DNA from: Octopus sinensis
Taxonomy: Eukaryota
Assembly (NCBI RefSeq): GCF_006345805.1
Contig: NC_042997.1
Location: 46,190,001 to 46,254,000, forward strand
Length of the DNA: 64,000 bases
Direction of reading: 5' to 3'
Positions 53,850 to 64,000 of the stretch are shown here, in pieces. The notes under the pieces are model-generated. The model was not told the DNA's origin and did no database searches. It saw nothing but the letters and a program-made list of their open reading frames with translations. Numbering within the stretch: the first letter of the stretch is position 1; every line of letters starts with the position of its first letter. A program made the translations under genes and the position numbers.

Positions 53850-55460
53850 ATAAAAAATTGTATCATTTAGTGTAAGAATTGAGTTTATTGTAAATTTTTC
53901 TTGTAATTTTTATGGTACGCTCACGATTAGCATCGTTATCAGCAAAAAAATTGCAGACATTCATTTATAAGTGTTGAGCCTCTTGCAAAAATCTCTGCAG
54001 CCGATGTAAGTATTTAAGTGGAATTTGCATTCTTAGTGTTCGCCCGTTAACACTATCAAATCCTCTCTAAATACACTTTCCTTACGGGATATTAGAATCT
54101 TATCCATTTCATCCTTTATGATTTCTTTACAACCTACATTATTTGAAAATGCCATAATACCTTTCCGAATTTGGTGTAGATTTTATACTTGGGGAAAACG
54201 CGAAAAGTCCCAGATACAGTGTGGCTATATATTTTTCAAAGCACCTTTCAAATTTGAAGGCTTCACTTTAACCCACGACTCAACCATGTTATCTGCAGTG
54301 TCTGCTATGTGGAACCTCTTCCAAAAGTTTCTAACTGTAGGTTTATAATCCCTGTCAATCGCGTTCATAAATCCTTTGAAAGTTCTAAGATAATATTCCT
54401 TGGCGTTACCTGTATCATTCTGATTCGTTGGTTGGATGAAAGTAATTGTTTAACTTGGGGATAGATTCTACAACTCACATTATGAGAAAACTTGTTTAAG
54501 TTCCCGAGTTGGTTTGATGCATTGTCTAAAACGAGCGATGCTTCGTTGAAAATAATATGCCTGGCACTGTGCCATTCTATAGCAGGAGAAGATCTTTGTA
54601 TACCACTCTACGGAAAAGCTCGTAATCATCCATGCCTTCTTATCTGACTCCAAATCAGAGATAAATAAAACTTTTACATAACATTTTAAAGCCTTATGAT
54701 TCTTGGAGTTATACACGAATAGGAGTTTTAGTTTTAGATTACCAGGTGCATTTCTTCCTAGAAGAAGCATAATACGATTTCGGAAACTTTAAAAGCTGGG
54801 CTTGAATTTTCTGTTTGAGAAATATAACTTCTAGCAAGTATGAGCTTTCGGAATAGTGTACTTTCATCAACATTATATACTTTCCTTAGGTAGCCCCTTT
54901 AACAGTAATTTTTCAGCTTCTCAAGATAATTAGTAACAGCCTCTGTCTTATCACTGGCAGCTTCACCGGTAATTTCCATTGCAAATTCAAGTGCTTCTTC
55001 AAACTTTCAAAACAGCCTATATATGTTGAAAAGGAGTTTCAATTGAAGTTCATTATTCTGCAAATTGCTATATAAAATGGCAGCTTTTTAAAATTAACAC
55101 CGTAATTATCAGGATATTACGTCGTGTTGACCTCCGATTCATACACTTAAGAGACACCATATGTCAAACATCACGTTAGATCTATGAAACTGTAAGCTCC
55201 AAATAATTAACGTATAGCATCTTGATCTCTTGACTTAATTTTCTCTTGTCACATACAGTCTCTACTGTAGACGTTCTAAACTATAATGTTTTGGTAATGT
55301 ATCTTACTTTTCTCCCACAGCAAGCCTTTAGTTTTATAACAACTAGTTTAATATCAATTGTAATCGTTTTAGGATTCCTTTTGGCACTATTTCCTTCAGT
55401 TCGACTTGACCCAGACATCTTTTCGATAAACCAAACAGCTGCGGTGGTCAACAGCCTTCT
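53850..55460 (-). pseudogene. Tigger/pogo transposase pseudogene
   Basis: CENP-B-like N-terminus SAKRNPKTITIDIKLVVIK, DDE_1 region LLLGRNAPGNLKLKLLFVYNSKNHKALK...DKKAWMIT, and C-terminal FFADNDANRERTIKITRKI. Confidence 0.85.
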
Positions 55461-56102
55461 ACACCAAATATATAGTAAAAATAAAAACATAGGTCTAGCA
55501 AAGAACTATTCTGTGAAGTCAAAAAATTGTTATCTTATTCCTATGAATGTAAAAATAGTAATAAAAACATGAAAAGTGAAGAAGGGAGATGGAAAAGTAG
55601 TGTATAGTTACCTTTAGTCGAAGGGTTAATAAGTTCATGGGTATTTTACCCCGTGCACCTCCGACCTAAGCTATAGAATCCTCACACTCATACACTCATA
55701 CTTTGTACAATCCAGAATTATAACACCTGTTGCAGTTTACACAAACATCAGTGATATGAATCTCTTCATAGCATCCCCTGTATTTATATTTAGGCGATTT
55801 CTTTTTCTATGAAAATGTTAATATCTTCTACCGTATCTGAATTTCTATTTTATCTGAAGAAAGCCTGCCATGCACTCTTTGAGCAGAAAGATGTGAGTAA
55901 AACACATACCCATACATTTACTTATGCAGCTATGTATAAACATACATAATCAACACATGATGTCTAACGTATATATAATTGTGTGAGGTGTGTGTGTGTG
56001 TGCACATTCACATGAGAGTGTGATTCCAGTTGCGAGTTAAAATATTGTTTATATTTTAAAGCACTTTCAAGAATAACAACGTAACATTATTGATGATGTG
56101 CT

Positions 56103-56171
<69 letters not shown>

Positions 56172-56273
56172 CTAATATAGGATAAAAATTTTCGAAACAA
56201 ATTCTATCAATGGCCAGCATATTAAAAAATACCTTTAAAGGTTAAATTTATACATCAAATTTTAAATTATAAG

Positions 56274-56307
<34 letters not shown>

Positions 56308-56671
56308 CAAAAAGTGAGGGATTATCAATAATCCGGGCAAATTCTCCCGGTAATCTTTTGGGGGGTCCTAGGTTATGGTTTATCACAATTCTGTATTGTA
56401 AATCCGTGCATGGGCTCAGACAAACTGGTTTACACAGAGTGATATATAAGGAATAAGTTTAAAATCATGGAGCATATATATTTACCTGTATGTCTGAACG
56501 TGTGTGTGTGTATGTGTGTGTATTTGCTGTGGTATTCGTCACAAACTATGCGTCGTTTGTACCGCCCAAAATTCCATTTGAGTGAACGTATAAACAAACA
56601 TCAACAATACAATCTCAACTTTAAATGTCTAGAATATTTCTAATGCAAGTATTATTGATTTGTTTTTACAC

Positions 56672-56866
56672 AGACGCAAGGTCTCAATTCTTGAGGAAAG
56701 GAAGAGTCAACTATATTGACACTGGTTAGAGAAAATTTATTTTTTCAAACAGAAGTATATAAGGTAAAGTCGACCGCGATGGGATTTGAATTTAGAACGT
56801 AGAGAGATGAAACGAACATCACAAGGCATTTTGTCCGTCACAGGAATTATTCTGCAAAAATACCGC
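56672..56866 (-). mobile_element. Degenerate SINE family A
   Basis: aaggtaaagtcgaccgcgatgggatttgaatttagaacgtag matches the family A reverse complement. Confidence 0.7.
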
Positions 56867-57494
56867 TAATTTAGTATTACCAATTTTAAAAGAATTAGAT
56901 TTTAAAATGAAGTTTATTTTGAATTCTAATTAATAATTAATTTATTCCCAATTAAGTTACCTCAAAATAAATTCAGTAATATCTTTTATTTTTCTAATGG
57001 CTGCGGTCATTCTGGAGTGTAATTAACTAAAGTTAACACAGTACTTCTCTAAGTGTTGTTGATGATAGTTTTCTTGCGGGAATCTGTTGCTCTTTACATT
57101 TTTGAATAAACAGACCAATGGACAAAAGTATTGAAGTCGTAACCATCCTTGTGTATTTAACCGCAAGATGCCAGGTACTAATTTGTTCAATGTCTCTTTG
57201 TTATGGAAGTTGGATATGTTTTGAGGGAGATCTAGCAAATAATTCCAGCAGGTTAAGCAACTACGTAGGGACTGTCTCGTTGGAAAAAGAGAAGAGTGGG
57301 TGGGATTTAGCTCAGAACATGAAAGAATGCAAATAAACACTATTTGTTTGTAGTGCTGCCAATTCTCCCACCCACATCCCATAATACTAACACATGCGCG
57401 CGCATACACACACACACACACACACACACATGCATAAATGACTAGCTTAAATGACTTGTTTTGGAGAATTTGTTGCAATTGCTTCCTCCAGAGT

Positions 57495-57590
57495 CCCAAT
57501 GACCACCATATCCCAATGACCACCATATCCCAATGACCACCATATCCCAATGACCACCATATCCCAATGACCACAATCCCAATGACCACC
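57495..57590. repeat. 17-bp minisatellite (cccaatgaccaccatat) x4 plus 2 partial units
   Basis: Directly visible; no spacers between units. Confidence 0.97.
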
Positions 57591-57906
57591 TTATTCGTCG
57601 CTACAATCATGTAATAAAAAATCGCTGCAAACAATCGCAGTAATGATAAAATATGGAATCCAAAATTTCAGGATTGCAGGTCCGGATTCGGCCCGGAAGG
57701 TTTTTAATTTACCCACAGAGTCAGCTTGATTCCGAAATGGTATGGTATGTTGGGATACAGACTCTAGGAGTAAAGTTGAAAAAGTGTGTCACACTGACAC
57801 ACTGGCATTCACATTTGTTTATAGATATTTTAATTCTGGGGAAAACTGTATTTCAATTAACGTGCATTTTATATATGTATATATATACATATATATATAT
57901 ATATAT

Positions 57907-57952
<46 letters not shown>

Positions 57953-57956
57953 TATT

Positions 57957-58045
<89 letters not shown>

Positions 58046-58074
58046 TGTATATATATTAGGTATGTAGAAATACA

Positions 58075-58294
58075 ACATGGACAAGAACGTATAACTCATA
58101 GAAGACGATACAATAAACATGGACAGGACATTCGAACCCCTCAGTCTTCAGTCAAGAACCGGATCATCGTAGTAATTTCATATTGGCCTGCTCTCTTAGC
58201 CAGCGGGGTGGCGTCATTCGAAGGCTAAAACAATGCGAACGCATTGTGACCAGCGATGTGTAACAGCATCTGATGGTCTGGTCGGTCACGTGAT

Positions 58295-58300
<6 letters not shown>
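58075..58300. repeat. Dispersed repeat related to 62345-62575, joined to a different extension
   Basis: ggacaagaacg...agacgataca...cattcgaa...cttcagtcaagaaccggatcatc is shared; both extensions end in cggtcacgtga. Confidence 0.7.
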
Positions 58301-58346
<46 letters not shown>

Positions 58347-59776
58347 GTCTGTATGCATGTATATATACATGGACATATTTGAAGTATAGCGAAACAGGAT
58401 TAGCAATCTTAGTAGCACAAATCCAATACTAATTGGGGGATTAGTCACCGTATCCAGCGATGATCAAATCCCACCTTCTGTCACCTCATTTTGAATATTA
58501 GAAACTGATCTGTCTAGAACCAGATAGCGTTGAAGAATGAGGACGAAAATTTATGCAGCTTTTGAAGTTGTATATTTAATTTATATATTTGTAGTTATTA
58601 ACTTGAAGGTGCTCTTTATGGCGATGCTGGTATTATGACGGTGGTGTTGAGCATTATGAATGACAATTATTATTTCTGCTGCTGTTGTTGTTGTTCTCAT
58701 GCAGCAGGAAGCAAATTCTGAGCAACCATAACTATAGCTTGCAAACCACTTTCTTCTTCCTGCTGAGCTCGGTTTGCCCCACCTACGGTCAAATACATCA
58801 TGACCATGATTATCTCTTCATCTATGACTTAATTATCCTCTTTCTTTCTTTCTTTCTTTCTTTCTTTCATTCCTAACACTTTGTTGTGTGTATTTCATCA
58901 AATTTAACCACCAGAATAATTTGGGACGTAATGAAACAAAGCTTGAAATTACTCAGAACATATGAAGCAAGGGTAAACAAATGTATGAAAACAAGCATGG
59001 ACGTTTAGGACAAACTCATGAAAGTACTTTGGACTGGCATTGTGTATGTGCCACATTTTTCAAAATTTAGCTGCTATTTCAAGCAGATTCAGCGATCAAG
59101 GTAAAGCTCTTTTGTTGATTTGTGCGAAGCGATGTTGGGACCGTTCTTAAGCACAAAATAAACTCTGATTGAGCACTGGAGGCTTGCTTTCCCTCCACCG
59201 TCTTTTTAAAGACATGTGAAAGACTTGTTTAAGACCATAGGGTATGATTGGAATATTTAGCTACTGTTCTTAGCAAATCAAGTAATCGATTACATAAGAA
59301 TGCTTTCCTTGCTTTGAGTTGTTGTTTGAGGATATTCATATTTATTACGTGCATTCAAATGTGTAATAACGACGACGACGACGATGATGATGATGATTGT
59401 AGCAGTTGTCTTAACGTCTATTGGTTGGTTAGTCGTTGTTTCTGCGTTTTGTCCAGTGTCAGTCCTCTTTCATGCCAAGAATTTTTAATACAATCCCGAC
59501 TTTTATCTCAGACCGCATTACACTATTACAAATTTTCTATTTCAACAACGATAGTTAAGTTTAAGTTTCAGCGAGATTTGGTAGATGTTTCCAACAGAAT
59601 GAAACGGCTGTGTAGAGGCTTGCTCACTGGCTCGTAAACATTGGTTGGTATGTCGTGTTAACGATGCTAATATACGTAGAAATAGCGGCGACGCTGTTGG
59701 TATAGTTGATGGCAGTTTAGAAGCAGCATCGACTTTGGTCGAGTCAAATATTGTGTAAATTACAGTAACGACTTAC

Positions 59777-59820
59777 AGGGTGATAACATCACAGATATTT
59801 ATATCATGAACGGAAGTACA
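59777..59820 (-). other. Candidate 44/47-nt exon with a tandem (NAGNAG) acceptor
   Basis: Minus strand: tcttcttctttcatttcctttttgtcag|cag|TGTACTTCC...ATCACCCT|gtaagt. One frame is open (QCTSVHDINICDVIT). No homolog recognised. Confidence 0.25.
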
Positions 59821-61105
59821 CTGCTGACAAAAAGGAAATGAAAGAAGAAGATAGGATGGAGGCGAGGTAAAGAGTGTCAGTATTAACAATTTTTATATGG
59901 TGTAAAATGAGCAAGAACGAATATAGGAACACTAAAATTTATATACCCACTTAAATTATCAGTTAAAGAGAAATGCTTTAAAAAATTCCTGTAGACGTAC
60001 GAAAATAGCAAATGTTTCCAAGCAGAACAAGTATTTCTGTCTGTCTGTCTCTTTCTCTCTCTTTCTCTCTAACGATATATCTACATTACTATTTATCTGC
60101 TTATCTGATTGTCTGTCTGTCCGTCTGTCTGTCTGCCTGTCCGCTTGTCTGCCTGCCTTTCAGTTTATCTACCTAGCTAGGTATACGTACATAAAAAAAA
60201 CACACAGAAATGCATCATATATGTATATGTGTGTGCGTTATGTATGTTTAGGTACCTGTATACGTTTGTGTTATCTCTATATATTTACATTCCCTCCCAC
60301 ACACACACACAAACACACACGCATACATAAATAAACACATACATAAATACATATATACATACATACATTCATTCATAACTACATCCATATATATGTATGT
60401 GACCATACGTATATATATACCTATGTATTTATGTATGTGTGCATTGTATAATAAAAGCTGAAATTCCTGAATAGTAAAGCTGAGTTTTATTTTGCCGATT
60501 ATTCAGACGATTAAAATAAGAAGCCATTGTGTCAAAATATAAGCAAACATATTCTAAATATGAATATTCAACTGAACGTGAAGATTCGATTGGTTGCCGA
60601 AAATATCATTAGGAAATGTCTCGCACATTCTATTATTCAAATGTTAAAACATGACTGTTTCGCCTATTCACATACAAAATCATTATCATGTCTTAACGAA
60701 ATTTCAATATTGATAAATAAATTTGTTCTTTTTAAAAATATTTCTGACCATCTTCCAGGTAGCACAAGTTTATAATGAAATTTTACTTTAGACGGACTCT
60801 ACACAATCCAAAGAAAGTACGTTGATTGTCCAGTTGAAAAGATCGAAAATCTAACCAATAATATAGTTTCTTATGTCATTCTTTTCAGTTGTTTATAAAG
60901 GAATTTAGATAATACTATAGAAGAAAATGTCCTCATACGTATCGTAAATAACTCAAAATGAAGCACTGGAGCTCTTTGTATTCGATGCCAAAAAAAGTAA
61001 ATTTTGTGAAGACACCCAAAACATCTATGGTTTTTAGACATAACAAAAGTATGTACGAAATTTGTTGTCGCAAGATAACTCAAAATCTTCCTAACATAAT
61101 CCCTA

Positions 61106-61141
<36 letters not shown>

Positions 61142-62344
61142 GAACTAGCTTTAGTACTCTCTGTGCTATTAACTTCGAGGCAAAAGAAGATAAATAGCTA
61201 CTATCCTAAAAATAGATTACAGAGTAAAACCTTAGTGTCACGTGAACTATATATTAGAGGGAAGATCATAAAGCTAATCTCTAGCGAGCTCCAAATGCTG
61301 ATTAATAGATCAAAGGGAAATGTGATAGGTAGAGTCAGTAAAAATATAGAGAAATTCCATCATTTATAACATTAAACAGGTCATTTCTTTTCCGTTATGG
61401 AATAATAGTTTATCTGTCATTCAGTGATTTAGTAATATAGATAATAAGCACTTTTGTAAATTGATGCATTGCAATATAGTAAAGATCTAACCATCGACTA
61501 CTAAAATCCCTTCTTCAAAAGGCCTTAAAAGCTGTAGAGATTTTATTCCAATTAGTGATTTGGACATTGTTATTACTATGCACGCTAGGAAATCTTTGTT
61601 ATTTTTATGATAATTCTTTTTGAGTTAAAGGTAGTGACCAGGAATAATTTGATGGAGAATTGAGATCGCAAGAAGGGTTGAAGTTTGTGAATTGTTTCTC
61701 TTATGTCGGAGGTGTTTCCGCGTTGTAAAGCCAGGCCGTGGCAATGGATGTTGTGAAGAGAAGTACAGCATACACTAAGGTTGAAATATTAGCAGTAGAT
61801 ACACATTTAAATATTGTTAGTTTCTTAGATTTAACTATAAATTTAGCTACTAGTAAATACTAGCGTTATAATAAACTTAATAAGAAATTTTATTTAATTA
61901 ATATAATTTACAAATGTCACCAAATAAATCTTAAAATCTAATTTAATGACTTAACGTGCTTAGTTATTAATATACCCTATGAAGATATATCGTGTGTCTT
62001 GCATATTGTTACCACGAAACATTACAAAGCAGTGGCTGGCAAAAGACGGAAGGGAATATGTCTAGACGAATATTAATACTAATATTCAGAACGATGAACG
62101 TTAGAATCAAAATATATAACACAATCATCGAGTGTAAATCATTAGGTGCATACATACATACATACATACATACATACATACGCACACACATACATACACA
62201 TATACACACATACATACATACATACACATATACATACATACATACACATATACATACATACACATATACAAACATACACACATACATACGTACACATATA
62301 TATATGTATATATATATATAAAATATATATATAAAAATATAAAA

Positions 62345-63412
62345 TAGGACAAGAACGCAAAACATTCAAATAGACGATACAAAAACGGACGGGTCATTCG
62401 AAGACTCTAATCTTTAGTCAAGAACCGGATCATCCTCGCAATTTCGGCTGATTAATCTTGAGATTGCTCCGATCTGACCAGCCCCAAGGAAAAACTAAGC
62501 TACGAGCATTAGATTTCTTGGGAAAAGGATCGAATGTATACGAAACAAGGACAGAAAAACGGACGATGATACACGTAAATAAATACAAAAAACAAAAAGT
62601 AATACGAATATAAATACAAAAAACAATAATAATAATAATAATAACAGGACAAAAACAACAGGCGCCTTTCGACTTTAGACAATTCAACTTAGCTGGCGTG
62701 TTTGAAAAATAATGCTTTACTGCAGACAAAGACATCGATGTTGTTCTGGCGCTGGTCAGAAACCGAAAGGCTATAGTTGACCGGCGGTCACGTGAGAAGA
62801 GAAGTGAGAGAAGAAAGGGGCAAAGGAATTAAAGAGAGGGAGAATAGAGAGAAAAAAAGGGGCAAAGGAATTAAAGAGAGGGAGAAGAGGGAGAAAAAGA
62901 AAGAAAGAAGGAATTAAGGAGAGGGAGAAGAAAGAGAGCGTGCGAAGAATTGGTGGGACAAAAGAAAGGCAGGGTCAGTGAGGTGCAAAGTAAGAGTAGA
63001 GAAATGTGAGAGGGTGGGGAAAGAGGAGACCAAAGAATCAAAGAGGCGAGAAAAGAGCAAGACAGAGAAACAGTGTGTAGTAGTCGTACAAAGTTTAGTG
63101 GAATGCTTACATACATATAAGAGGAAGGTATACGTACGCCGCAAAAATATATGTATAAAAAATATATATAAAAATACAAAATAGTACAAGAATGCAAAAC
63201 ATTCAAATAGACGATACAAAAACGGACTGGTCATTCGAAGCCTCTAATCTTCAGTCAAGAACCGGATCATCCTCGAAATTTCGGCTGATTAATCTTGAGA
63301 TCGCTCTGATCCGGCCAGCCCCAAGGAAAAACTAAGCTACGAGCATTAGATTTCTTGGGAAAGGGATCGAATGTATACGAAACAAGGACAGAAAAACGGA
63401 CGATGTTACACG
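62345..63412. mobile_element. Two 231-bp direct repeats (62345-62575, 63182-63412) flanking a ~600-bp non-coding spacer; possibly Penelope-like pseudo-LTR structure
   Basis: The copies differ at roughly a dozen positions. The spacer has a purine-rich stretch and no ORF. The PLE assignment is inference. Confidence 0.55.
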
Positions 63413-63434
63413 GAAATATTTATATATGTATATA

Positions 63435-63571
<137 letters not shown>

Positions 63572-63665
63572 GTGTATGTGAAAAGGTTAAATTATATTCC
63601 ATTCTTTACTTTGGATGGTTCCAAAGGGTAATTTCTAACAAAGATTCTTCATATTTTGTTGGTAG

Positions 63666-63718
<53 letters not shown>

Positions 63719-64000
63719 CCTTCCTTTAGTATATTAGAGGTAACCTAATATACATACATGGGTAATTTACACACACACACACGTGAGTGTGTGTGAATGT
63801 ATGTATATGTATATATTGATGTATATGTATATATTTATGTGTATATACACACATGCACATATATGTAACAATGTTTTTATAAATATTGGTTATAAATCAG
63901 AAATACCATTAGGATTTAGGACTTAAAGGTAAAACTATTTTGTGGGTGGTGGTAAATTTTATTCTATACAAGTCGAAAATCAAGCATCAAAGCGTTTATA

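Noticed and set aside
57495-57590. Possible CRISPR array
   Set aside because: The units are contiguous with no spacers, there are no cas genes, and the context is eukaryotic.
57114-59633. Phase-compatible plus-strand chain of small exons (57114-57174, 57719-57739, 59572-59633)
   Set aside because: The splice signals are mediocre, the peptide is unrecognisable, and such chains arise by chance in AT-rich DNA.

Overview
Eukaryotic, AT-rich, extremely microsatellite-dense DNA. The repeat families and SSR landscape look like an octopod (Octopus-type) cephalopod genome; this is recognition from memory, not a database result. No intact host protein-coding gene can be supported. Nearly all ORFs in the supplied track are translations of simple repeats or fragments of decayed transposons, so the window is probably intronic or intergenic. 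It holds at least three tRNA-derived SINE families (labelled A, B, C here) and non-LTR retrotransposon remnants (R4/Dong-like RLE clade, Tx1/L1 clade, RTE clade). DNA-transposon remnants include Tc1, mariner, Tigger/pogo, a Chapaev3-like element and a Helitron. The most notable observations are: (1) a non-coding ~353-nt unit in tandem-plus-inverted arrangement at 2903-3580 carrying a type I hammerhead-ribozyme-like motif, resembling a Penelope pseudo-LTR or non-LTR retrozyme; (2) a 1148-bp foldback element with ~350-bp TIRs and a perfect 8-bp TSD inserted in an R4 reverse-transcriptase frame; (3) a non-coding RTE derivative sitting next to the LINE 3' end it shares. Boundaries of decayed elements are approximate.
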